Below are positions 21,941 through 32,176 of a DNA stretch of 64,000 nt, piece by piece (position 1 is the stretch's first letter; every line of letters begins with the position of its first letter). The notes beneath the pieces were generated by a model. It was not told the origin of the DNA and did no database searches. It saw only the letters and a program-made list of their open reading frames with translations. This DNA comes from Bacilli bacterium (GTDB taxonomy: Bacteria > Bacillota_I > Bacilli_A > RF39 > UBA660), in assembly GCA_037071015.1 (NCBI GenBank), contig JBAMOY010000001.1:1072847-1136846 (forward strand), in the 5' to 3' direction. The translations under genes were made by a program, and so were the position numbers.

Positions 21941-22584
21941 TTTATTTCATCTTCACCAATATCTCTTAATATTTTATTTATTTTAGAAAATGGTCTACTG
22001 CCAAAAAAACCACGATTAGCTGATAATGGTGATGGATGAGGACTTTCTATTATATAGTGTTGGCGATTAGTAATCAAGATTTTTTTACTTCTTGCATAAC
22101 TACCCCATAAAACAAATATAACAGGTTTAGTTCTATTATTTAAAATTTTTATTATATTATCTGTAAATATTTCCCACCCATGATCTTTATGAGATAACGG
22201 ACGATCCTTAACTACAGTCATAATTGCATTTAATAAAAGAATCCCTTGCTTCGTCCAATCTGTTAAATTATTATCAGTTCTCACTACACCAACATCATCT
22301 TTTAACTCTTTAAAAATATTATTTAAAGAAGGAGGACGTTTAACATCAGTAGCCACTGAAAAAGAAAGACCATGAGCTTCCCCATAACCATGATATGGAT
22401 CTTGCCCTAAAATAACCACTTTAACTTGGTCATAATCGGTATTGCGGAGTGCATTAAAAATATCTTTATAGGGTGGATATACCGTTTTGGTAGCATATTC
22501 TTGACGAACAAATTTACCTAGTTTTTTAAAATAATCACTTTTAAAATCCTGTTCTAATACTTGATCCCACTTTTTGTTTACCAT
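21934..22584 (-). CDS. ung: uracil-DNA glycosylase
   Basis: 216 aa. GQDPYHG and HPSPLS motifs. Confidence 0.93.
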   Translation of the reverse strand: MVNKKWDQVLEQDFKSDYFKKLGKFVRQEYATKTVYPPYKDIFNALRNTDYDQVKVVILGQDPYHGYGEAHGLSFSVATDVKRPPSLNNIFKELKDDVGVVRTDNNLTDWTKQGILLLNAIMTVVKDRPLSHKDHGWEIFTDNIIKILNNRTKPVIFVLWGSYARSKKILITNRQHYIIESPHPSPLSANRGFFGSRPFSKINKILRDIGEDEIKW

Positions 22585-22593
22585 ATTACCACC

Positions 22594-23421
22594 TTACAAA
22601 CTATTTGCAATATCAATATATACATCTAAATCTAATTGTTCAGCACGGACATTTAAATCCAAATTATATTTATTTAATACCGACTCTATTTTTTGCAGAT
22701 CATAGCCCTTTAAATTATTTCGCAAATTTTTTCTTTTTTGACGAAATGCATCCCTAATTAAGCTAAATAACTTTTCTTCATTATGACATTTATTTTCATG
22801 CGTTTTACGAGATAATGTAACTACTACACTATCTATATTAGGCTTTGGCAAAAACACATTACGACTTACATCTAACTCCTTTTTTATGTCAAAATAATAA
22901 TTTAAAAAGACAGTTAATGAACCATAATCTCTACTATTAGGCTTAGCTTTAAAACGATCACCAACTTCTTTTTGAACCATAACTATTAATTTGTCAATAG
23001 GGAGATGATCATCAATTATCTTAGTAATTATTGGTGTTGTAATATAATATGGCAAATTAGCCACAACGTAAATTTTTGAATATTTGTATTTTTTAAGTTC
23101 ATTACAAACATTCTGTTTTAAAAAATCCTCATATATTACTTTTACATTATCCATACCAGATAAATTGTCGTTTAAAATTGGTTGCAACGTTTTATCTATC
23201 TCATAACACACCACAAATCCAGATACATTAGCCAACTTATAAGTTAAAGCTCCGGCCCCTGGTCCTATTTCAATAACTAAAGTATCTTTATCTAAATTAG
23301 CTTTCATTATAATACTATCAATAATATTTTCATCGACAATAAAATTTTGGCCAAACTTTTTTTTAAACATAAAAGAATTATCGTTCAAAATTTCTTTTAT
23401 TTTTTTAGGCGAATAAAACAT
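22594..23421 (-). CDS. rsmA: 16S rRNA (adenine1518/1519-N6)-dimethyltransferase RsmA/KsgA
   Basis: Start MFYSPKK preceded by an AGGAGTG RBS. FGQNFI and SAM motifs. The track ORF begins 10 codons earlier without an RBS. Confidence 0.9.
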   Translation of the reverse strand: MFYSPKKIKEILNDNSFMFKKKFGQNFIVDENIIDSIIMKANLDKDTLVIEIGPGAGALTYKLANVSGFVVCYEIDKTLQPILNDNLSGMDNVKVIYEDFLKQNVCNELKKYKYSKIYVVANLPYYITTPIITKIIDDHLPIDKLIVMVQKEVGDRFKAKPNSRDYGSLTVFLNYYFDIKKELDVSRNVFLPKPNIDSVVVTLSRKTHENKCHNEEKLFSLIRDAFRQKRKNLRNNLKGYDLQKIESVLNKYNLDLNVRAEQLDLDVYIDIANSL

Positions 23422-23528
23422 ATAATCACTCCTGAAATTATTATATAACAATAATTCAAATGAAACAATCCATATTATCTAAAAACAGAGACTCTAAATA
23501 TTATAATTAAAAAAGATTATTTTTCCTT

Positions 23529-23552
23529 CAAAAAAAGAGACTAATGTCTCTA
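23529..23552 (-). terminator. intrinsic terminator after the 3D-domain gene
   Basis: AGAGAC-AUUA-GUCUCU then UUUUUU on the minus strand. Confidence 0.55.
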
Positions 23553-24269
23553 TTACCAACCATATCTTTTTATCGTAAAAGTTGTGGACGATGATGATAG
23601 ACCACCAACTCGGGCTTCAGCTTGACTTGAAAAAGCGAGATCCATCCATACTTCGTTATTATTCTTCCATGCATTAATCATAGAACCACCAGTGTCTAAA
23701 ACTACACCTAAGAAAGGTTCTGTCTTTCCGTTATTAACTTCTACTATTGTACCACAAGGAAACTTATCGCGTGCAGCTGCTAAAATCCTTACTTGACCAA
23801 ATTGACTATCCTCATAAAAATAGCCATCGTTTATTAAACTATGTTTAGTATTTTCTTTTGTATAGCAAGCAACATTCCCAACCGTACTACAACCAGGACA
23901 ATCTGGACCATAACTGGTTAATTTACCAATAAATTGATTAGTAGGAGCAGTACCAACTTCAATAATTTCTGGAACCATATTTTTAACTACTACACTATCT
24001 TTGCCATCTTTTCCTACATATATAATGCCATTTTCTCCTGGTTGTTTTACTATTTTAGTATCAGAAGATAAATTAGAATTATATATAATTTTAGTATCAT
24101 ATTCTAAAACTTGGTTAACAATATCTGAACTCTTTTTAGAGTTCAAATTACTAGCTTCCAATGATTTCTCACTATAACCCGAAATATCAAATAGCGATAT
24201 AAACGACATGGTTAAAATGCCAACCCATTTTCCGATTAACTGTAATAAATATATATTCATTAAAGTCAC
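23553..24269 (-). CDS. 3D-domain protein (YabE/YuiC-like, MltA-type putative cell-wall hydrolase)
   Basis: 238 aa. N-terminal TM/signal and a C-terminal 3D domain (GTIVEVNNGKTEPFLGVVLDTGG). Same position as B. subtilis yabE between yabD and ksgA. Confidence 0.7.
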   Translation of the reverse strand: MTLMNIYLLQLIGKWVGILTMSFISLFDISGYSEKSLEASNLNSKKSSDIVNQVLEYDTKIIYNSNLSSDTKIVKQPGENGIIYVGKDGKDSVVVKNMVPEIIEVGTAPTNQFIGKLTSYGPDCPGCSTVGNVACYTKENTKHSLINDGYFYEDSQFGQVRILAAARDKFPCGTIVEVNNGKTEPFLGVVLDTGGSMINAWKNNNEVWMDLAFSSQAEARVGGLSSSSTTFTIKRYGW

Positions 24270-24298
24270 CTCATCATTGTACTAATATACTATCATAT

Positions 24299-25063
24299 TT
24301 ATATTTTTAAGTCAAATTGACTCTTAGCATTTTTCGTTGTAATATAAAGCACTTCCTCTGTGGTAATACCTTTAATCTCTGCTATTTTATTAGCTATCAA
24401 TGGAATATTTAAAGGTGTATTTTTTTGTCCTCTAAAAGGTTCTGGTGTTAAATAAGGACTGTCCGTCTCTAATAATATTCTATTCATATCTAAACTTTTT
24501 ACCACTTCCTTTAACTTTCTTTCATTTTTGAAAGTTAAAACACCACCTATTCCAAACATCACATCCATTTTCAAAAACTTTTGAGCCATTTCCTTTGACG
24601 AACTATAACAATGGAGAATAACTCTCAAATTTTGATTTTTTTTATAATATTCATATAAAATACTATAAGTATCTTCAATTGCATCACGACTATGAACAAT
24701 AATTGGCTTATTATAGGTCAATGCCATTTCTATTTGTTTTTTAAATATTAATTGTTGTTTTTCTATGTTATCTTTCCGCCAATAATAATCTAAACCGATT
24801 TCACCAATGGCTACGACATTAGGATTGTCTAAATTTTTCCTAATAAAAGCTAAATCACTATCTTTATAAATATCTGCTGATTCAGGATGAATTCCAATAG
24901 CAGCATATACATTTTTATTTTTATTAGAAACATTTATAGCATCAATATTAGTATCTAAATCAACCCCATTAACAATTATCATATTCTTTTTTAGCTTCTT
25001 TATTAAAATATCTAAGTTTTCATAATTATCATTTGTTAAATGACAATGAGTATCTACAAACAT
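24299..25063 (-). CDS. tatD: TatD-family metal-dependent DNase
   Basis: Start at MFVDTHCHL with a GGTGAT RBS. The track has 10 extra codons. Confidence 0.88.
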   Translation of the reverse strand: MFVDTHCHLTNDNYENLDILIKKLKKNMIIVNGVDLDTNIDAINVSNKNKNVYAAIGIHPESADIYKDSDLAFIRKNLDNPNVVAIGEIGLDYYWRKDNIEKQQLIFKKQIEMALTYNKPIIVHSRDAIEDTYSILYEYYKKNQNLRVILHCYSSSKEMAQKFLKMDVMFGIGGVLTFKNERKLKEVVKSLDMNRILLETDSPYLTPEPFRGQKNTPLNIPLIANKIAEIKGITTEEVLYITTKNAKSQFDLKI

Positions 25064-25102
25064 ATATATCACCAAAAAAATTATATCATACATGATATAA
25101 TT

Positions 25103-25273
25103 TTAGGAACAACGGTTGCTAATATAATATCTAATAGCACCATAATTTACTATAATAAAATATACGACATTCAACAAATTTATTTCTTCAATAACACCAT
25201 TCAAAGCAAACAGCTGTAAAACAAATAATACAATCGACATACTTCTAGTATCATTTCTTTCATCTGTAGTCAT
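25103..25273 (-). CDS. hypothetical 56-aa small hydrophobic protein (not in ORF track)
   Basis: ATG MTTDERNDTRSMSIVLFVLQLFALNGVIEE... preceded by an AAAGGGA RBS and a TTGCAA-N17-TTATAT promoter-like sequence. Confidence 0.2.
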   Translation of the reverse strand: MTTDERNDTRSMSIVLFVLQLFALNGVIEEINLLNVVYFIIVNYGAIRYYISNRCS

Positions 25274-25375
25274 ATTTTATTTCCCTTTCTAAACACAAGT
25301 TTAATATAACACTAGTTAGTAGCTTATTGCAAACCATTTTAAAAATTATTAAAGTATTATTGACAATGTTTGACA

Positions 25376-26935
25376 TTAATTAGTGTGTTCTTGGAAATAT
25401 TTTTCTTTGTCTATTCGTAAAAATATTGGTTTTGGATCCTTTAATTTTATGCCAAAATCAAAACCATCAAAATTTTTCAATGAATCATAAAATATATTTT
25501 CTGTATTTAATTGATTAAAAATTTCTTTAGCAGTGTCAGGTAAAAAAGCCTGCAATAATACTGCTCCATGGCGAATTGCTTCTAATAAATTATATAAAAC
25601 AGTTGCCAAACGATCTCTCTTATCTGGATCTTTAGCTAAAGTCCAAGGCATTGTTTCATCAATATACTTATTACTCCTTCTAAAAATCTCAAAAATATCA
25701 TCAATTGCATCAGCAATTCTAATATCATTCATCTTTTCATCTACTCTTTTTGGTATAGAAAGGACTAAATCAATTAATTCTTGATCTACATCCTCATTAA
25801 CATGAGGATTATTAACAATACCATCAAAATATTTATGTGACATACTTATCGTTCTATTAACTAAATTGCCTAAAATATTAGCTAAATCGGTATTTATTCT
25901 TTCAATTAGCAATTCTCTTGTAAAAGTTCCATCACTACCATATGGTATTTCATGTAAAAAATAATATCGTACTGCATCAACACCAAAATCAGCCACTAAA
26001 TCATCAGCATACACAATATTTCCTTTAGATTTACTCATTTTATCTGAACCAAACAACACCCATGGATGGCCAAATATCTGCTTTGGCAACTCTAAATTTA
26101 ATGCTTTTAAAATTATTGGCCAATATATCGTATGAAACCTCAAAATATCTTTTCCAATTAAATGTAAATCAGCTGGCCAATATTTTTTAAAATTATCATC
26201 ACTATTGCCATCAACATCATAACCTAAAAAAGTAATATAATTGCTTAGAGCATCAATCCAAACATATATTACATGATCCTGGTCAAAGGTAACTGGGACA
26301 CCCCATTTAAATGACGTTCTAGATACACAAAGATCCTGTAGCCCTGGTTTTATAAAGTTATTCATAATTTCATTTTTTCTACTTTCAGGAATAATAAAAT
26401 CTGGATGTGTTTCTATATAAGCTTCAAGCCATTTAGAATAATTAGATAGTTTTAAAAAATATGCCTCTTCTCGAGCCTTTTTAACTTCCCTACCACAATC
26501 AGGACATTTTCCATCTATTAATTGTGATTCAGTAAAGAATGATTCACATGGAGTACAATATAAGCCTTCGTATTGTCCCTTATATATATCACCCTGTTGA
26601 TATAATTTTTCAAAAATTTTAGAAACTTGTTCCATATGTGAACAATTGGTTGTTCGTACAAATTTATCATAACTAGTATTCATTACATCCCAAATGCGTC
26701 GAACTTCAAGTGCTATCTCATCAACATACTCTTGAGGCTGCTTATTAACTTCGATGGCTTTTTCTTCGATTTTTTGTCCATGTTCATCAGTACCTGTTTG
26801 AAAATATACATCATAACCCAATAACCTTTTATAACGAGCAATAGCATCAGCCAAAACTATTTCATAAGTATTTCCAATATGAGGCTTAGCTGAAGTATAA
26901 GCTATAGCTGTTGAAATATAATATTTTTCTTTCAT
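25376..26935 (-). CDS. metG: methionine--tRNA ligase
   Basis: Start at MKEKYYISTAIAYTSAKPHIGN (HIGH motif) with a strong AAGGAGG RBS. KMSKS present. The track ORF runs 15 codons further into dut. Confidence 0.93.
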   Translation of the reverse strand: MKEKYYISTAIAYTSAKPHIGNTYEIVLADAIARYKRLLGYDVYFQTGTDEHGQKIEEKAIEVNKQPQEYVDEIALEVRRIWDVMNTSYDKFVRTTNCSHMEQVSKIFEKLYQQGDIYKGQYEGLYCTPCESFFTESQLIDGKCPDCGREVKKAREEAYFLKLSNYSKWLEAYIETHPDFIIPESRKNEIMNNFIKPGLQDLCVSRTSFKWGVPVTFDQDHVIYVWIDALSNYITFLGYDVDGNSDDNFKKYWPADLHLIGKDILRFHTIYWPIILKALNLELPKQIFGHPWVLFGSDKMSKSKGNIVYADDLVADFGVDAVRYYFLHEIPYGSDGTFTRELLIERINTDLANILGNLVNRTISMSHKYFDGIVNNPHVNEDVDQELIDLVLSIPKRVDEKMNDIRIADAIDDIFEIFRRSNKYIDETMPWTLAKDPDKRDRLATVLYNLLEAIRHGAVLLQAFLPDTAKEIFNQLNTENIFYDSLKNFDGFDFGIKLKDPKPIFLRIDKEKYFQEHTN

Positions 26936-26936
26936 A

Positions 26937-27422
26937 TTATCCCTCCTTATTTGTCGAACCAATTCCACCAGTTCGTTCATTTAATATTTTCTCTTCATTA
27001 TCGATAGTATAATATTTCATAAAAATCCCCTGGGCAATGGCTTCACCTTCTTTTACATTATAATTAGTTAAACCATGATTTTGCAAAGATATCCATATAT
27101 GACCCTCATTTGAAGGATTATCACTATAATCATAATCAATAATACCAACTTGATTACACATTCTAACGTTATATTTAAATCCCATACTACTACGAACTGT
27201 TATCATCAGAAATTCATCACTATTCATATATACTTTAACACCAGTTGGAATTTTCTTCACTTCACCAGGTTTTAAAACTAGAGATTTGATGGCAAAAAAA
27301 TCATACCCAGCACTATTTTTCGTACTTCGTTTTGGCAACATATAGTTATCATAAATATTCCTACTATCAATGATATCTTTTTTAAACTGTGCAAAACTAA
27401 TTTTTTCAAATTTTCTCATCAT
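26937..27422 (-). CDS. dut: dUTP diphosphatase (YncF/YosS-like)
   Basis: 161 aa. AGYDF motif, GIIDYDY and C-terminal RTGGIGST matching B. subtilis YncF RGGLGSTG. Confidence 0.8.
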   Translation of the reverse strand: MMRKFEKISFAQFKKDIIDSRNIYDNYMLPKRSTKNSAGYDFFAIKSLVLKPGEVKKIPTGVKVYMNSDEFLMITVRSSMGFKYNVRMCNQVGIIDYDYSDNPSNEGHIWISLQNHGLTNYNVKEGEAIAQGIFMKYYTIDNEEKILNERTGGIGSTNKEG

Positions 27423-27434
27423 ATCACCTCATTG

Positions 27435-27655
27435 ATAAAAATAAAAAATCACATCCTTAATAAGGACGTGATTAACGTGGTACCACCTTAATTCATGTAT
27501 TTTTCAATACAACTCAAATATTTAACGCATATATACGTCATAATCTACATATCGATTATGCAATTCCAGAACCATTCCGTATAACTATCTTTATCCATTC
27601 GCACCAACCATGGATTCTCTTAAAAGCATTGTTAAATTTCTTTCCTTCTAAATCT
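27435..27655 (-). promoter_or_regulatory. T-box riboswitch leader upstream of dut-metG (probable Met specificity)
   Basis: Minus strand has AAUUAAGGUGGUACCACG (T-box consensus is AAUUAGGGUGGUACCGCG). It is followed by a terminator AAUCACGUCCUUAUUAAGGAUGUGAUUUUUUAUUUUU whose 5' arm can alternatively pair with the T-box. AUG triplets lie in a candidate stem-I loop (GAAUGGA). Upstream promoter GTTATAAT. Confidence 0.6.
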
Positions 27656-27684
27656 TTAATGATATGATTATAACATATTAATAA

Positions 27685-28218
27685 CTAATCTTCAAGATAT
27701 TTAGATAGAAATTGCGCAGCTATTTGCACAATTCGTTCATCAATTTCCATTGTTTTCTCTTCCTCTGAAAAAATTATAACCAATCCTAAAGCATCCCCGT
27801 TAGCAACTATAGTATTAATAGTATATGTACATTCTATCCCATCACCCTCAATAATGCTTAATTCTTTTTGATGCTTTTCTAATATATTTTCACGGCGTTG
27901 AATATAATCATCAAGTTGTTTGCTTATTGGCTGGTTAATGAATTGTTTTTTCTTTTCACCAGTAAAAGCAATGATATTATCAGTATCAGTTATAACTACA
28001 TTTTTTTTAATAAAAGCATTTATCGAATCTGTAAATGATTGCGCAAAATCAGTAATCTTATTCATTAATGAAAATTTCTGTAAAACTATACGATTTTCAT
28101 TTTCAATAAATATTTCTAAATTCTCTCCGTCATGAATTCTCAGACTTTTTCTAATTTCTTTTGGTATAACTATTCTCCCAAGATCATCAATTCGTCTAAT
28201 TACACCGGTAGATTTCAT
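27685..28218 (-). CDS. spoVT: stage V sporulation regulator SpoVT (AbrB-N plus GAF-like domain)
   Basis: 177 aa. The N-terminal swapped-hairpin MKSTGVIRRIDDLGRIVIPKEIR is AbrB-like. Length and position downstream of mfd match B. subtilis spoVT. Confidence 0.8.
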   Translation of the reverse strand: MKSTGVIRRIDDLGRIVIPKEIRKSLRIHDGENLEIFIENENRIVLQKFSLMNKITDFAQSFTDSINAFIKKNVVITDTDNIIAFTGEKKKQFINQPISKQLDDYIQRRENILEKHQKELSIIEGDGIECTYTINTIVANGDALGLVIIFSEEEKTMEIDERIVQIAAQFLSKYLED

Positions 28219-28274
28219 AAAATACCTCTCTTTCTATAAGTATTCTGTGAGAAAAGAGATATTTTATACTAATA

Positions 28275-31200
28275 TTAATGTCTTATATGTTTTTTTATTA
28301 GCTCTAATATTTGAATCAAATAATAAATAAAATGCTTATCTAATTTTATAATGTCTAATGTTAATACTACTAACTTACCACGCATAGAAAATCTAATCAT
28401 TTTTGTCATATAACTAGTTTCCATAAATAAATCACCGATATTTATGTTTTTAGATATTTCTAATGGTAATATTATTTCAATGAAATTTTTTGTTTGTCTT
28501 ATCTTATTTATTTTTAACTCAGAAGCCAGTGTTTCGAAAAGTTCTTCATGCATATATATAATAAGATTTTCATCCAATTTGCCAAACCTATCTTCCAATT
28601 CATCTTTAATATTTTCTAGTGTTTCTAAATTATCTATTTGATTAATTCTTTTATGAATTTCTATTTTTAAGTTTTCATCAGAAACATAAGAATCATCAAC
28701 AGATGTTTGAACATCAACCAGAGGTTGTGTATCATCTACGCTTATTTCATTTATTTTAATACCCTTAGCTTTCTTTATTTCTTCATCTAGCATTTTTAAA
28801 AAAGTATCTATACCAACACTATCAATATAGCCAGCCTGCTCACTTCCTAAAATATCACCCGCTCCACGAATTGATAAATCACGCATAGCAATAGCAAATC
28901 CACTACCCAATTCAGTAAAATCTTTAATAACATTTAATCTCTTTGTAGCAATATCACTCAATATTTTGCGTTTATCATACATTAAATAACAATACGCAAT
29001 ATTGTTACCACGACCAACCCGACCACGAATTTGATATAATTGCGATAATCCAAAATGATCGGCGTCAATGATTATTAAGGTATTAACATTTGGAATATCA
29101 ATTCCTGTTTCAATAATTGTTGTACAAATTAAAATATCATACTCATAATTAATAAACTTATTCATTACATTTTCTAATTCAGATTTATTCATTTGTCCAT
29201 GAGCGCTAATAACTCGCGCTTCCGGAATTAGTTTATTAATTCTCTTAATTTGAAAATCCATATCATCAATACGATTATTTAAAATAAATACTTGGCCACT
29301 TCTAGATAACTCTTTATAAATAGCATCCTTAATTAATTGATCATTTTCAGCAACCACATATGTTTGAATAGGATATTTATTAACAGGTGGTGTTTCAATA
29401 AGCGATAAATTTCGTATTCCTGTCATTGACATTTGTAAAGTTCTAGGTATTGGAGTAGCCGATAAAGTTAAAACATCAATATTATTTTTCATTTGCTTAA
29501 TTTTTTCCTTATGCTTTACTCCAAAACGCTGTTCCTCATCTATTACTAATAATCCTAAATCTTTAAAAATAATGTCCGAACTTAAAACTCTATGTGTACC
29601 AATCACAATATCTATTATTCCATTTTTAATTTCCTTTACAATTTTATTTATCTTAGTTTTTGACACAAATCTGTTCAATAAAACTATATTTATTGGATAT
29701 GATTGAAACCTATTAATTGCGTTCTGATAATGTTGATTAGATAATATTGTTGTTGGGCACAACATAGCAACTTGTTTACCAGACATTACCGCCTTAAACA
29801 TAGCACGAAAAGCTACCTCTGTCTTTCCAAAACCAACATCACCACATAATAATCGATCCATAGGCATTGGTTTTTCCATATCAACTTTAATTTCTTGTGT
29901 TACTTTCAACTGATCTGCTGTAGGTTGATAATTAAATTCTCTTTCAAAATCTAATTGTTCGGCAGTATCTTTTTCAAAAGCATATCCTTTTGTTGCCTCA
30001 CGCGTAGCATATAATTTTAACAAATCTCCAGCAATATCTTGAGCTTTTTTTCTTGCGCGTAATTTAATTTTTTGCCATTCAGTGCCACCCAATTTATTTA
30101 GCTTGGGAATTGAGCCTTCTTTGGTTGAATATTTAGTGATAGCATCTATTTTTTCAACTGGAATATAAAGTTTATCCCCACCTTTATATTCTAACATTAT
30201 ATAATCTTTTTTTAATCCATTTTTAGTTAATGTTTTTAACCCGCAATAACGGCCAATTCCATGCTTTTGATGAACTATGTAGTCGCCAATATCTAATTTA
30301 CTTATATTTTTAACTAAACTTCCTATTTTTAAATTATTCTTATACTTTATACTTCGTTCTTCTAAAAAATTATAGCCAAAAAGTTCATTTTCAGTAATTA
30401 AAATCAGATTATCTAATTCATATCCTTCATTTATTGGTGATACAACTAAGTTTATTTTATTATCTAACAATTCTGATAAAGTTGTAAAAACAAAATTGGT
30501 ATTTTGGACTCTATCTAAAAAATTATTAACCTTATATCGATTTTTAAAAGAAATTATCATTAACTTATTTTTTTTCATATATGAATTTAATTCGGCACTT
30601 AGTTTATCTATATTTTTTGAAAATGGTTTAATTGTCTTAATATTATAATCAGCTTGCAATTTTTTTTCTTGACTAAAATCATAAAATAATTTAATTGAAG
30701 GTATAATTAATTTATCTAAATCAAACATAAAAAAAACATTACTATCAATTTTTTCGTTCAACCTATAAGTCTTCATTTCTTCAAGTAACTCTGTATAACT
30801 TATATTTATTTGATCTAAATTATTTATATAAATATCCGATGAAGAAAAATAGCCTGTTAAATTAGTTGTATCTTTTTCATAAAATAAATTTCTATGATTC
30901 TCTAACAAACCTTTAGTACTTAAACTTTCATTATTAGGGTAAATAGTAAAACTATTCAAATTTCTAACTGTTCTTTGAGAATCAATATTAAATTCTCTAA
31001 TTGAATCGATTGTATCTCCCCAAAATTCAATACGAACTGGATTATCAGTTTGCGTAGAAAACACATCCAAAACGTATCCTCTAACAGCCATGTCACCAGT
31101 CTTTGTTACAATACTTTCGCGAAAATAACCTATATCTAAAAGCTTTTTTACCAATTGTTTTAAATTATACTCTTTGTTCAAGGATATTGAAATTATATTA

Positions 31201-31565
31201 TTATTATATATCGTGGGTGACGGTAAGAATCGAAGATAGCCCATTAAATTAGTTATAATAATCTTTGGACAATTATCAAAACTATTATTTAAAACATTTA
31301 ATCTGTTAAGTTTTAATTCTGGACTAATTGCTAATGCTTCGCTGGTTAAAAAGTCATCCATAGGGAATAAATAAACGTCCTCCGTATATCCTTTAAATCG
31401 GCGGTAAAAAATATTAGCTTCATATAAAGAGTTAGTCACTAATATTTGAGTTTTATGTTTCTTATTAAAGCTTTCTAATAAAAATTGTACCTTCAATTCG
31501 TCCGATAAACCAATTATTTCCCGGGAAACATCATTAAATTTTATTAAATCGGTATATTTTACCAT
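28275..31565 (-). CDS. mfd: transcription-repair coupling factor Mfd
   Basis: Start at MVKYTDL with a GGTGGTGA RBS. UvrB-homology, RNAP-interaction and DEAD/helicase motifs (GDVGFGKTE, DEEQRFG). Confidence 0.93.
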   Translation of the reverse strand: MVKYTDLIKFNDVSREIIGLSDELKVQFLLESFNKKHKTQILVTNSLYEANIFYRRFKGYTEDVYLFPMDDFLTSEALAISPELKLNRLNVLNNSFDNCPKIIITNLMGYLRFLPSPTIYNNNIISISLNKEYNLKQLVKKLLDIGYFRESIVTKTGDMAVRGYVLDVFSTQTDNPVRIEFWGDTIDSIREFNIDSQRTVRNLNSFTIYPNNESLSTKGLLENHRNLFYEKDTTNLTGYFSSSDIYINNLDQINISYTELLEEMKTYRLNEKIDSNVFFMFDLDKLIIPSIKLFYDFSQEKKLQADYNIKTIKPFSKNIDKLSAELNSYMKKNKLMIISFKNRYKVNNFLDRVQNTNFVFTTLSELLDNKINLVVSPINEGYELDNLILITENELFGYNFLEERSIKYKNNLKIGSLVKNISKLDIGDYIVHQKHGIGRYCGLKTLTKNGLKKDYIMLEYKGGDKLYIPVEKIDAITKYSTKEGSIPKLNKLGGTEWQKIKLRARKKAQDIAGDLLKLYATREATKGYAFEKDTAEQLDFEREFNYQPTADQLKVTQEIKVDMEKPMPMDRLLCGDVGFGKTEVAFRAMFKAVMSGKQVAMLCPTTILSNQHYQNAINRFQSYPINIVLLNRFVSKTKINKIVKEIKNGIIDIVIGTHRVLSSDIIFKDLGLLVIDEEQRFGVKHKEKIKQMKNNIDVLTLSATPIPRTLQMSMTGIRNLSLIETPPVNKYPIQTYVVAENDQLIKDAIYKELSRSGQVFILNNRIDDMDFQIKRINKLIPEARVISAHGQMNKSELENVMNKFINYEYDILICTTIIETGIDIPNVNTLIIIDADHFGLSQLYQIRGRVGRGNNIAYCYLMYDKRKILSDIATKRLNVIKDFTELGSGFAIAMRDLSIRGAGDILGSEQAGYIDSVGIDTFLKMLDEEIKKAKGIKINEISVDDTQPLVDVQTSVDDSYVSDENLKIEIHKRINQIDNLETLENIKDELEDRFGKLDENLIIYMHEELFETLASELKINKIRQTKNFIEIILPLEISKNINIGDLFMETSYMTKMIRFSMRGKLVVLTLDIIKLDKHFIYYLIQILELIKKHIRH

Positions 31566-31606
31566 TTTTTCACCACCAATCAATAAAAATGATACAACTT
31601 GTATCA

Positions 31607-32167
31607 TTATTTAGTATTATATTTATTCATTAAATTATCAAATGTCAGCACAAAATAGTCATCTAAGATATTAGAAACAGTTTCTTTTACACAATCAAAA
31701 TTACTCAACTCTTCTACTGATAACTTGGCAAGGACATAATCTTTTGTTTCTACTTTCTTATCATTTGAGATTCCAATTTTAATACGATTAAAATTTTCAG
31801 TACCTAAATTACTTATAATATTTTTTAATCCATTATGACCACCAGAACTACCTTTATATTTAAGTTTTATTTTACCAAATGGCATATCCAAATCATCACT
31901 TATAATTAACAAATCAGAAACATTTATTTTATAAAAATCAACATACTTTTTTATAACATCTCCTGATAGATTAATATACTTTTGTGGTTTCATTAAAAAA
32001 ATCTTTTCGCCATTAACAACAAATTCAGCATATAATCCATCAAACTTCTGTCTATTAAATTTTATTTTTTTTAAGTTAGCATAATAATCCAATAACATGA
32101 ATCCCATATTATGTCTTGTACTATCATATCTACTACCTGGATTTCCTAAACCAACTATTAATTTCAT
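31607..32167 (-). CDS. pth: peptidyl-tRNA hydrolase
   Basis: 186 aa, MKLIVGLGNPG start. Confidence 0.93.
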   Translation of the reverse strand: MKLIVGLGNPGSRYDSTRHNMGFMLLDYYANLKKIKFNRQKFDGLYAEFVVNGEKIFLMKPQKYINLSGDVIKKYVDFYKINVSDLLIISDDLDMPFGKIKLKYKGSSGGHNGLKNIISNLGTENFNRIKIGISNDKKVETKDYVLAKLSVEELSNFDCVKETVSNILDDYFVLTFDNLMNKYNTK

Positions 32168-32176
32168 ATTATCGAC

